Position numbers and translations under genes: made by a program | NCBI GenBank assembly: GCA_030390025.1 | Contig: CM059432.1 | Coordinates: 136,836,001 to 136,900,000 of the forward strand | From: Squalus acanthias | Taxonomy: Eukaryota | Length of the DNA: 64,000 nucleotides | Reading direction: 5' to 3' | The notes under the pieces: generated by a model | What the model saw: only the letters and a program-made list of their open reading frames with translations | Told to the model about the DNA's origin: nothing | Databases searched by the model: none | Part shown: positions 49,959 to 61,768 of the stretch, piece after piece | How the letters are laid out: each line of letters starts with the position of its first letter | Position numbering within the stretch: the stretch's first letter is position 1

Positions 49959-52900
49959 AAACATAGAAACATAGAAGATAGGAGCAGGAGTAGGCAATTC
50001 GGCCCCTCGAGCCTGTTCCGCCATTTAATGAGATCATGGCTGATCATCCAAATTCAGTACCCTGTCCCTGCTTTCTCCCCATATCCCTTGATCCCTTTAG
50101 CCTTAAGAAATATATCTAACTCCTTCTTGAATATATTTAATGAATTGGCCTCAACTGCCTTGTGTGGTAGAGAATTCCACAGGTTCACCACTCTCTGGGT
50201 GAAGAAATTCCTCCTCATCTCAGTCCTAAATGGCTTACCCCTTATCCTTAGACTGTGACCCCTGGTTCTGGACTCCCCCGCCATCAGGAACATCCTTCCT
50301 GCATCTAGTCTGTCTAGTCCTGTTAGAATTTTATAAGTTTCAATGAGATCCTCTCTCATTCTTCTAAACTCTAGCAAATATAAGCCTAATCGACCCAATC
50401 TCTCTTCATACGTCATTCCTGCCATCCCAGGTATCAGTCTGGTGAATCTTCGCTGCACTCCCTCCATGGCAAGAACATCCTTCCTCAGATAAGGTGACCA
50501 AAACTGCACACAATACTCAAGGTGCGGTCTCACCAAGGCCCTGTACAACTGCAGCAAGACATCCTTGTTCCTGTACTCGAATCCTCTCGCTATGAAGGCC
50601 AACATACCATTTGCCTTCTTAACCGTCTGCTGCACCTGCATGCTTACCTTCAGCGACTGGTGCACAAGGACACCCAGGTCTCGTTGCACTTCCCCTTTTC
50701 CCAATCTATTGCCGTTCAGATAATAATCTGTCTTCCTGTTTTTGCCACTGAAGTGGATAACCTCGCATTTATCCACATTATACTGCATTTGCCATGCATC
50801 TGCCCAATCACCCAACCTGTCCAAATCATACTGGAGTTTCTCTGCATCCTCCTCACAGTACACACGCCCACCCAGCTTTGTGTCATCTGCAAACTTGGAG
50901 ATATTACATCTAGTTCCCTCGTCTAGATCATTTATATATATTGTGAATAACTGGGGTCCTAGCACCGGTCCCTGCGGTACCCCACTAGTCACTGCCTGCC
51001 ACTCGGAAAAAGACCCGTTTATTCCAACTCTTTGCTTCCTGTCTGCCAACCAGTTTTCTATCCAAGACAGTACCTTACCCCCAATCCCGTGTGCTTTAAC
51101 TTTGCACGCTAATCTCTTATGTGGGACCTTATCGAAAGCCTTCTGAAAGTCCAAATACACCACATCCACTGGTTCTCCCTTATCTATTCTACCAGTTACA
51201 TCCTCAAAAAATTCCAGTAGATTAGTCAAGCATGATTTACCTTTTGTAAATCCATGTTGACTTTGTCCGATCCTGTCACTGTTTTCCAAGTGCTCTGCTA
51301 TTACATCTTTTATAATGGATTCTAGCATTTTCCCCACTACCGATGTCAGACTTACCGATCTATAATTCCCCATTTTCTCTCTACCACCTTTTTTAAATAG
51401 TGGGGTTGCATTAGCTATCCTCCAATCCATGGGAACTGTTCCAGAGTCTCTAGAATTTTGGAAGATGACCAGCAATGCATCTACTATTTCTAGGGCCACT
51501 TCCTTAAGTACCCTAGGATGTAGATTATCAGGCCCTGGGGATTTATCGGCCTTCAATCAATTTCCCTAACACCATTTCCCTACAAATACTGATTTCATAC
51601 AATTCCTCCCTCTCATTAGACCCTATGTTCCCCGACATCTCTGGGAGGTTATTTGTGTCATCCTTTGTGAAGACAGAACCAAAGTATGTATTTAATTGTT
51701 CTGGCATTTCTTTGTTCCCCATTATAAATTCCCCTGATTCTGACTGCAAGGGACCTACGCTTGACTTCACCAATCTTTTTCTCTTCACATATCTATAGAA
51801 GCTTTTACAGTCAGTTTTTATGTTCCCTGCAAGCTTACTCTCATAATCTAATTCCCCCCTCTTAATTAATCCCTTTGTCCTCCTTTGCTGAATCCTAAAC
51901 TGCTCCCAATCCTCAGGTTTGCTGCTTTTTCTGGCCAAATTATATGTCCTCTCCTTGGATCTTATGCTATCCCTAATTTCCCTTGTTAGCCACGGTTGAG
52001 TCACCTTTTTTGTTTTATTTTTATGCCAAACAGGGATGAACAAATTCTGTAGTTCATCCATGCGATCTTTAAATGTTTGCCATTGCCTATCCACCGTCAA
52101 CCCTTTAAGTAACATTCCCCAATCCATCCTAGCCCAACTCATGCCTCATACCATCATAGTTTCCTTTATTTAAATTCAGGACCCTAGTCTCTGAGTCAAC
52201 TACTTCACTCTCCATTTTAATGAAGAATTCTATCATATTAATATCACTCCTCCCCAACTGGCCTCGCACAACAAGATTGCTAATTAATCCTTTCTCATTA
52301 CATAATACCCAGTCTAAGATGGCCTGATCTCTAGTTGGTTCCTCGACATATTGGTCCAGGAAACCATCCCGTATACACTCTAGGAATTCCTCCTCCACCG
52401 TATTGTTACTAATTTGGTTAGCCCAATCTATATGTAGATTAAAGTCACCCATGATAACTGCTGTGCCCTTATTGCACGCATCTCTAATTTCCCATTTAAT
52501 GCCATCCCCAACCTCAGCATTACTGTTTGGGGGTCAGTATACAATTCCCACTGACGTTTTCTGCCCCTTGGTATTTCTCAGCTCTGCCCATACAGATTCC
52601 ACATCATCAGAGCTAATATCCTTCCTTACTATTGTGTTAATCTCCTCTTTAACCAGCAATGCTACCCCACCTCCTTTTCCTTTTTTCCTGTCCTTCCTGA
52701 ATATTGAATACCCCTGGATGTTGAATTCCCAGACTTGGTCATCCTGGAGCCATGTCTCCGTAATCCCAATTATATCATATCCGTTTACATCTATTTGTGC
52801 AGCTAATTCATCCACCTTATTACGAATGTTCCTTGCATTAAGACACAAGCCTTCAGGCTTGATTTTTTAACACTAAGGGGGAGAAATTCAGTATCGCCCC

Positions 52901-53911
52901 ATTTGGGGCGCAATTATCGGCTGGGTGCAAAGATTAGCGCCTGGCGCTAATTATCGCCACCGACTGCAAACTTGACTTTTATCGCCCCTGGAGGTGATTG
53001 GAGCGCTAAATCAGGTGCTTCACACCTGTCTTAAGACGCAAAGGCCGAGGAGCGAGGCACTACCTCAGAGTGCTGGCGAAGCTCATGTGATGTCAGTCAG
53101 CAATGGAACACACACACAATGGCACGGGCCAGTTCTTAAAGGGGATGGTTGATCTTGCTTCCCATCCAATCCTGCTCATTGCAGCTTTGAATCTCGGCCT
53201 GGAGAAACCTGCACATCAAATCTGCTGGAAAGAACAATGGAGAGTACCAGGCCAAGAGCTCAGAGTGCAGCCCCCACAATCTCTTCTAAATCGATACAAG
53301 GAATGGCAAATCAAAATGAACCTGCAAAGTGCTGCTCAGTACCAAAAACTCCTTCACACAGCGTTGAATCTCTCCAGAAGTCTCTCTCTCTCTCTCTCAG
53401 AATGCGTTGTTCAAAAATGGCACCAACAATAAAAGGCAGGAAGCGGTCACCTTTAAATAGCGCTCCCCCAGTCCCTTTATGACTGCAAAACGCTCCCCTC
53501 AACCTGTCGTTGCTAGCGTCAGGCGGTAAGGCAGGGGGTGCCACTCAATATCCGCTCCGGGGCGATACCGGGGCGTTGCGCACTCGACTGACGTCACGAT
53601 CTGCCGGCGCAGGAGATCGTGGCGGTAGTGTTTAGCGCCGCCGCAAAATGTCTAGTTAATTTCGCGAGCGGCGCAAACATCGCCGCGCCTGGGCGCTAGA
53701 TGCTTTGCGCCCCATTAGCGCCCTCTTAAGGCGCTAACGGGAGGCGCAACCAACTGAATTTTTCCCCCTTAGTCCTTTTAGAATTATTATTTACTGTGGC
53801 CATGTTTGATTTACCCCCTTGATTTCTCTGCCTTCCACTTTTGCTTTTCTCCTTCCTGTCTTTTGTTTCTATCCTTGCTTCCCTTTCCTCTGTCTCCCTG
53901 CACAGGTTCCC
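49959..53911 (-). mobile_element. CR1 LINE with near-complete ORF2 (APE endonuclease + RT, frameshifted), interrupted by family A copy 3
   Basis: CLNARNIRNK, IGITETW, MGDFN, GRSD, KSPGPD, DFQKAFDKV, KFADDTK in ORFs 52848-52534, 52452-52129, 52142-51543, 51556-50054; (AAACATAG)n tail continues left of the LTR to ~48262. Confidence 0.93.
52877..53768 (+). mobile_element. Non-autonomous Harbinger family A copy 3
   Basis: TIRs as copy 1; TSD TAA/TTA (one mismatch). Confidence 0.92.
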
Positions 53912-54116
53912 ACTTTTGCCTCGCACCTTCTTATCAGACCATCGACAATGGCCAAGAATCTGCGGATTCCTATCACTCTGACCACCATACTGACAGTTGC
54001 AAGTCGCCCTAAGCCCTCAATGTGGAAGTCCCATTAGCGAAATGACACACGCCACAACTGCAACAGTTTGCCATCAGAATTTTTTATGACAATAAGCAAC
54101 TGATGGCTTTTCAAAA

Positions 54117-55516
54117 TTAAACACATTGCACACAAGTGACTACGGTAGCCAGCCTTACCATGGAGGTAGCCATCCTTTCCGTGGTGATGCGTTCATGCGC
54201 CAACGCCTCCACAAAGGCTCTGCTCATGTTAGCGATGGACTCCTCCATTCGCTCCACACTCGCAGCGACCCTGGAGACAAACCCTGCCAGAGACTCCTGC
54301 ACCTGTTCCTGGAGTTCCAGCTCTCCTTCTGGATGGACCCGGAGGCACAGGGTCGACATGCAGCGGAGCCGAGCTGGGAATGTCCTCTCCACTGCGACGA
54401 GGACTCTCCACTGCTGTCCCTGTCTCCACCATCTGCTGATGCTCACTTGTGAGCTGTGATACACCAGGTGACAACTCTACTCTATGTCCCGAAGGTCCCA
54501 CCGAGGTGTGAGTGTCTGCGCTGGTGCAGGGTGCGCTTTATTCTGCTGACGGAGCACCCTCAGAGGTTGCAGCTTCCTCTGAGGAGTCTGGAAGCTCAGG
54601 CTCTTCCTCCTGGACAGTGGGGACGGGGGCTCTCGATGGTCCTGTGGGGGAGTAAGGGAAAGAGTTAGAGATGTGAGGTAAAGGCTGCATGCACATTGAA
54701 TTGTGCAGATGATCATAAGTCAATCTGTTCGAGCATCAGAATCATTATCAGTCACTCATGCAATGTCAATGAGAGAGATGTCAAACTATTCTGTCACCAG
54801 CTTGCTGTGATGCGCCCGCCTGTCCGTCCCCCACTTGGGAATCCTCCTCGATCCCGGCAATTTCCAGGGCCGCCTCCTCCGAGGTGGTGAGCTGGGCTAC
54901 TGAGGGTGGACCTCCTCCTGTCCTCGCTCTTTCCCTCTTATTGTGGGCTCTCTTTTCCTGCAATGAGGGACACAAGTAGTGTTTGAGTGAGAATGAAGGA
55001 GTGAGTGTAGAGAATCCATAGCATAGATGCTTAGAAGGAGACAAAGGGCCCTCCCTATGTGTTGTAAGTTGTTGTCATTGCGTCACAGTGATAGGGAGTG
55101 TGAGGGCTGCATGGTTGAATAGTTAAGTGAATGTGACCATAGAGAGAGAGGGAATGGGTAAGGGTGCAGGGATGTCAGTTTCAAGTGGGATGTGGAGGAA
55201 GTGGTTGGCAAAGCAGAGTGCTGGTGAGGAGAGGCGATGGGGATGAGATTGAGGGTGATGAGAAAGTCATACTCACTTTTCCTGTGCAGAGAAGGTCATG
55301 AAACCTCTTCCTGCACTGCAGCCAGGTTCTGCGGCACATAGAGATGGCATTGACTTCCTGGGCCACTTGCAGCCACACAGCTTTAGTCTGTTGTGGTGGC
55401 TTTTTTCTCCCTGAGGAAGGGAAGAGCACCTCCTTATTAGATCTTGCTCCCTGCGCCAGAGCTTGGAGGGAGGGCTCATCAAAGCGAGGTGCACACTTTT
55501 GCTTGCTGGTGGACAT
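54117..55516 (-). pseudogene. Harbinger B Myb/SANT-like gene, 3 exons (55516-55277, 54957-54798, from 54641), nonsense at 54538
   Basis: APRF...L..LFP...W..VA..VNA....RTWLQCRKRFHDL; GT-AG sites with phases 0 and 1. Confidence 0.75.
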
Positions 55517-55816
55517 GGTCGGTAAATGAAGTCCTTCATACAATGTCCAAAGCGTTTCCAGTCTCCAGAAGAAGCAAGGCTGCTTGCAGGCCTTAAATCC
55601 AGCAGCACTGATGACGTCATCGGAGGCAACTTTCAGGATGGAAAGACTAATTGGGCCAGGGGTTCCCACACGCTGGAAATCAAGTGCCCAATTAGAGGAA
55701 AATCGCACTTTTTTCCCACTTCACATTGGAGTCGGGGTCCTGACACGAAAACCACCTGACACGCCCCAGCCGACCCCAATGGCAAAATCGAGCCCTATGA
55801 CTCTATTATACACTAT

Positions 55817-56709
55817 GGGGGAAAAATTAAGTTGCTTGCGCCTCCCGTTAGCGCCTTAAGAGGGCGCTAATGGGGCACAAAGCAACTAGCGCCCGGGCGC
55901 GGTGATGTTTGCGCCGCTCGTGAAATTAACTAGACATTTTGCGGCGGCGCTAAACACTACCGCCACGATCTCCTGCGCCGGCAGATCGTGACGTCAGTCG
56001 AGTGCGCAACGCCCCGGTATCGCCCCGGAGCAGATATTGAGTGGCGCCCCCTACCTTACCGCCTGCCACTAGCAACGACAGGTTGAGGGGAGCGTTTTGC
56101 AGTCAGGAAGGGACTGGGGAAGCGCTATTTAAAGGCGACCGCTTCCTGCCTTTTTTTGTTGGTGACATTTTTGAACCACGCATTCTGAGAGAGAGAGAGA
56201 GAGACTTCTGGAGAGATTCAACGCTGTGTGAAGGAGTATTGGGTACTGAGCAGCACTTTGCAGTTTCATTTTGATTTGCCCTTCCTTGTATCGATTTAGA
56301 AGAGACTGTGGGGTTTGCACTCTGAGCTCTTTCCCTGGGCCTCTCCATTGTTTTTTCCAGCAGATTTGATGTACAGGTCTCTCCAGGCCGAGATTCAAGG
56401 CTGCAATGAGCAGGATGTGGATGGAAAGCAAGATCGACCCTCCCCTTTAAGAACTAGCCGGCAACAGTGTGTCTGTGTTCCATTGCTGACTGACATCACA
56501 TGAGCTTCGCCAGTGCTCTGAGTTAGCGCCTCGCTCCTCGGCCTTTGCGTCTTAAGACAGGTATGAAGCGCCTGATTTAGTGCTCCAATCACCTCCAGGG
56601 GCGATAAAAGTCAAGTTTGCAGTCGGAGGCGATAATTAGCGCCAGGCGCTAATCTTTGCGCCCGGCCGATAATTGCGCCCCAAACGTGGCGATACTGAAT
56701 TTTTCCCCC
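55817..56709 (-). mobile_element. Non-autonomous Harbinger family A copy 4
   Basis: TIRs as copy 1; TSD TAT within minisatellite CACTATAGG. Confidence 0.92.
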
Positions 56710-58456
56710 TATAGGTCCAATATACTGTGTCATTATACACTATAGGATCAATATACTATGTCATTATACATTATAGGATCAATATACTGTGTCATTACAT
56801 ACTATAGAGTAAATATACTGTGTCATTTTACACTATAGGGTAAATATACAGTGTCATTATACAGTAAAGGGTAAAAATACCGCGTCATTTTACACTATAC
56901 GGTAAATATACCGTGTCATTATACACTATAGGGTAAATATACTGTGTCATTATACACTATAGGGTAAATATACTGTGTCATTATACACTATAGGGTAAAT
57001 ACACCGTGTCATTATACACTATAGGGTAAATATACCGTGTCATTTTACACTATAGTGTAAATATACCATGCCATTATACACTATAGGTTAAATATATGTG
57101 TCATTATACACTATAGGGTAAATATACGGTGTCATTATACACTATAGGGTAAATATACTGTGTCATTATACACTAATGGGCCAATATACAGTGTCATTAT
57201 ACACCATAGGGTAAATATACTGTTTGATTATACACTATAGGCTAAATATACGTGTCATTTTACATTATAGGGTCAATATACCGTGTCATTATACACTATA
57301 GGGTAAATATACTGTGTCATTAAACACTATAGGGTAAATATACGTGTCATTATACATTATAGGGTAAATATACCGTGTCATTACACACTATAGGTTAAAT
57401 ACACAGTGTCATTATACACTATAGGATAAATATACTGTGTCATTATACAATATAGGTTATATATAGTGTCATTATACACTATAGGGTAAATATACCATGT
57501 CATTATGTGAAGGAATAAGCCATATAACCTCGTCAGAAAAATACACCATTCGATGAAAAAATTCTGGCCTTATTAAATCATGACAAACTGGGTCTGGAAA
57601 TCTAGAAACCTAACTTATGAAAAAGCTGTGAAAGCATTCTGGTCATAGAGATAAAATAGTTGTTGACACTGAATCAATAACCTTATTGAAACAGAAGGGT
57701 AAAGGCTCCTGACAGTCTGAATTTTTGGGAACAAACAATAGTTCACCCTGTAAAAGGTGTTCTAATTTATACTTCGTAAAGAACCACAAACATCTGCCTT
57801 CGTAAAAATGACATCAAATAAAGCGCACCTGCTGTTACACTGTTTTTATGGTAAGTTGGAACACCTAGAGGAGAGACATGATTCTGTAATGCTACCAGCT
57901 GAGGTGACTAAGAATTGCGGAAGTCAGCAGAAAAATGACTAGAGATAATTAGCTTACATCAGCAGAAAACCTTAAAGGAAATACCACTGAAAAAGGGTAT
58001 AAATATTGAACTCTCAAATGAGATAATAGACTCGCTATAAAGGGGCAAAGCGATTCTCGGCTTCAGAGGCAGGCTCTGTAAGTCTACAACCCTTTGGGGG
58101 AAAAATTCAGTATCGCCCCGTTTGGGGCACGATTATCGGCCGTGCGCAAAGTTTAGCGCCTGGCGCTAATTATCGCCTCCAACTGCAAACTTGGTTTTTA
58201 TCACCCCTGAAGGTGATTGGAGCGCTAAATCAGGCGCTACACACCTGTCTTAAGGCACAAAGGCCGAGGAGCGAGGCGCTAACTCAGAGCGCAGGCGCAG
58301 CACAGGTGATGTCAGTTAGCGATGGAACACAGACACACTGGCGCCGGACAGTTCTTAAAGGGGAGGGTCGATCTTGCTCTCCAGCCACACCCTGCTCATT
58401 GGAGCCTTGAATCTCGGCCTGGAGAGACCTGTGCCTAAATCTTCCAGCCAAGGACT

Positions 58457-60296
58457 ATGGAGAGGGTGAGAGAACGAGCTCAGCACTTCAGCGAGCGGGC
58501 CTTGGAGGCTCTGGTTGGCGCGGTGGAGCGCAGAAGATCAATACTGTACCCAGAGAGTGGCAGGAGGCCTTTGCCGCGCGAGTACAGAAGAGTGTGGAGA
58601 GAGGTGGCTCAGAACGTCTCCTCCAGGAGCATGGTGCCCAGGACCCATACTCAATGTCGAAAAAAGTTCAACGACCTCACTCGGGTCGTCAGGGTGAGTG
58701 GCTTTTTTTCAATACCTCTCCATCCCTCCATCTCAACCTCACTCAATGGCCAGAGGGTCTTAAAACCCCAATGCCCAACACTCATCCAACACATTTGGCC
58801 CTCTCATGAAACACACATGCACATTCCACACTTTGCATACACTCAGGGCTATTCACCTATGGGAGGCACATCAGGCAAGACCATGGCTGCATACAGTAAG
58901 GGCTATTCAATTATGGGAGGCACATCAGGCAAGACCATGGCTGCATACAGTAACGGCTATTCAATTATGGGTGGCACATCAGGCAAGATCATGGCTGTAT
59001 ATTTACTCAGACGCCATCCTTTTTCTTGCAGGCCAAGCTATCTCATAATAGGAGACAGCAGCAACGGACGGGTGGAGGGCGGCCTCAGCTCCAACCCCTC
59101 AGCGAACTTGAGGCGCGCGTCCACAGGATTGTGGCAAGCCAGGTGATCAGTCCCGTCGCCCCTGGAGAGGCCGACTCCGTTCTGGACAGCAATGGTAAGG
59201 TCATCACCATTTTGTCCTCTCTCCTTCCACTTGTCCCTCACAACACTTTCAATCCAACTTACTAAATCGCTGCACTCATTCCTCCCTTACTGCCCCCCTG
59301 TCCTGACGCTAAAGCCACTCTTGTGATTCACCAGCTGAGGAGATGGGCCCTCAAGCTGCCAATGGGAGTGAAGCTGCAGGCGAGGAGGAAGAGGAAGCCG
59401 GAGCATCAGTGCCACCCTCTCCCGAGGAAGCCCATGCCCACACTGGGAACACGCCTTCCCTGGAGGGGAGCAGGGGGGAAGGGTCTGATGAGGGTAAAGC
59501 TCCAGGACCCAGCGGGCTGCAGCAACACAATGGGGGTAGGGAAGCTCGGGGGCCTTCTCCCCGGAGGGAGAGTAGGCCAGCGAGTCCTGCTGCACTGGAC
59601 GCAGAGGAGGAGTGGCTCATCGCTGAAATGAACACCCAGGCGGTGGACATGCACACTGAGCTCATAGGTGCAGTGGGAAGGGTGCCCGAATGCATTGAAT
59701 CACTGGCAAGGAGTGTGTAGCACTTCGCTGTAGCACAGGCGGATGCCACGCTAAAGCTTAGTGCTGCAATTCAGTCACTGGCTGCCATGACCCCATCTCA
59801 GACTGCTCTCATGCAGACTCAGATTGAGGCCACGCAAGCACTGACTGCTGCCAACCTCGATGGTTCGTGCACATGTCCCCGCGGCTCTCACCACGCCGCA
59901 GCAGGCCAGCAATCTGTGCTCCAGCAGATTACTCCAGATGCTGATGTGCTGCCCCATGGGAGTGCCAGTGTGTCGGTCGAGCAGGGAGTTGCTGTCTTCT
60001 CTCAAGATGACAGCATTCCTGCTGCCACCACTGTCACTTCCCCATTGCACTTGCCACCGCCTGTAGCCCAGACTGCTGTCACCCATGCAGAGTTGGTGCA
60101 GTCTGCAGCCGGGCCCTCCAGGCCCAGAGCTGGTCGAGGCTGTCCTTCAAGGGCATCTGCAGTCTCAGGTTCTGACAATCAGCAGCCTTCCACCAGCCTT
60201 GCTGCAGCCACTGGGGCCCCATTACAGAGGAGCAGTAGGGTGGGAAGGGGGGAAGTGCACAAGGGAAGGAGATCACCCTCAAAGGGTAAAAAGTAG
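58457..60296 (+). pseudogene. Harbinger A Myb/SANT-like gene, exons 58457-58693, 59032-59194, 59335-60296 (453 codons), one in-frame TAG at 59718
   Basis: HFSERALEALV..VERRRSILYP..W.EVA..VS....RTHTQCRKKFNDL; GT-AG junctions keep the frame. Confidence 0.85.
58835..58996. repeat. 3 x 54-bp tandem repeat in Myb-gene intron 1
   Basis: Units start at 58835, 58889 and 58943. Confidence 0.9.
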
Positions 60297-60607
60297 GAGG
60301 TGTGACAAAATGTTTGTCAATTTTTTATTAAAGGCCGAGGTTCGTGTTCAAACTTTTGTTTAGTGTTTTGGACATTATCTCCAGATTGTGAGAACCAGTT
60401 ATGTTAATGACTGTTTTTTTGTATTTCTTTCTATTAGTTTGTCATGAAGAAATGACACACACAGAGTTTGTAAAATAAATAAGTTTTTGTATTCAAAATT
60501 TACATGTTTGGTCTTTGGAATCATTGCTGCCTTGGCCGGCTTAGGGGTTGCGGGTTGGTTTCATTCATGTTGTTCTCAATGGCAGAAACCATTTCCTCAG
60601 CAGGGGC

Positions 60608-61768
60608 CTAGAAGCGGCTTGCTATCAGCCGTTGACGGACGGCCCTTCCAGTTTCAACATTGTGGGCCTCCCTCCCGCTTTGGTGCTGCTGATGATCATC
60701 CTCCTCCTCTTCCTCCTCCTCTTCCTCCTCCTCCTCCGGTGGTGCTCCAAGGCCTGGTGGCATTGGCTGGGTCCTGAGGATTGCCAGGTTATGCAGCATG
60801 CAGCACACAACTATGAAGAGGGAGACTCGCTCTGACGAGTACTGCAGGGCTCCTCCTGAGTGGTCCAGACAGCGGAACCGTTGCTTGAGCACGCCGATTG
60901 TGTGCTCAACGATGTTCCTAGTGGCGAGATGGCTCTCGTTGTACCACAGCTCAGCAGGGGTGTTGGGGGTACGGAGCGGTGTCATTAGCCAGGTGCACAG
61001 TGGATAACCCTTGTCCCTGAGAAGCCAACCACTTGGGTGATGCGGTGCCTAGAAAAGTTTGGCCACAGCAGTCTGGCGCAGGATGAATGCATTGTGGCTG
61101 CTGCCTGGATAACGGGCATTGACAGCAAGTATCAGCTGTCTGTTGTCACAGACCAACTGGCCGTTTAAGGAATGGAATCCTTTTCGGTTGCGGAAATCCT
61201 CTGCATTCTCATGCGGTGCACGCAATACCACATGTGTGCAGTCAATGGCACCCTGCACCATGGGGAAGCCCGCTATCCTCGCAAAGCCCAATGCGCGTTC
61301 ATGCTGTTTGGCCCAGGTCATCGGGAAAGAGATGTACTGTCGTCTACTTTTATAGAGGGCATTTGTGACCTGACGGATGCAGCAATGGACCGCAAACTGG
61401 GAGATATTGGCGATGTCCCCAGTAGCTGCTTGAAAGGAGCCGGTGGCATAAAAGTTCAGAGCCACTGTGACCTTCACTGCCACCAACAGAGACGTCCTGG
61501 TCCTCAGTAGAGGCTGCAGATCTGGCTACAGCAGGTGGCAGAGCTCAGTGACCACCTCCTTGCTGAAGCGCAGCCTGCGCAAACACTGCTCCTCAGACAT
61601 ATTAATGTAGGAGAATTGTTGGCGAAATACCCTGGGAGGGTAAGGTCTCCTGTACAGAGGCCTGTTGGCCCTCCTCCGTTTGGCCATGATTGGCACTCTC
61701 TCTCTGCGTCTCTGTGGCCTCCGATTCTGCAGGCACAGGACGACGCCCCGAATCAGTGCAGCCCCCAA
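60608..61768 (-). pseudogene. Harbinger A HARBI1-type DDE transposase (~386 codons), two in-frame TAG stops
   Basis: ORFs 61780-61526, 61486-61049 and 60985-60608 share one frame; [37 protein letters not shown]; start codon uncertain. Confidence 0.9.

Larger units (their letters stand above)
47670..55795. mobile_element. PIF/Harbinger family B (transposase largely deleted) hosting nested CR1, LTR and family A insertions
   Basis: Perfect 12-bp TIRs GGGCTCGATTTT / AAAATCGAGCCC; TSD TAT; spliced Myb gene on - near the right end. Confidence 0.85.

Noticed and set aside
58694..59146. Protein repeat GYSIMGGTSGKTMAAY in the 229-aa ORF
   Set aside because: Falls between a GTGAGT donor and a TTGCAG acceptor; the 54-bp repeat is intronic read-through
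60608..61768. Host HARBI1 or NAIF1 gene
   Set aside because: Lies between TIRs with a TSD and carries nonsense codons, so it is a transposon copy
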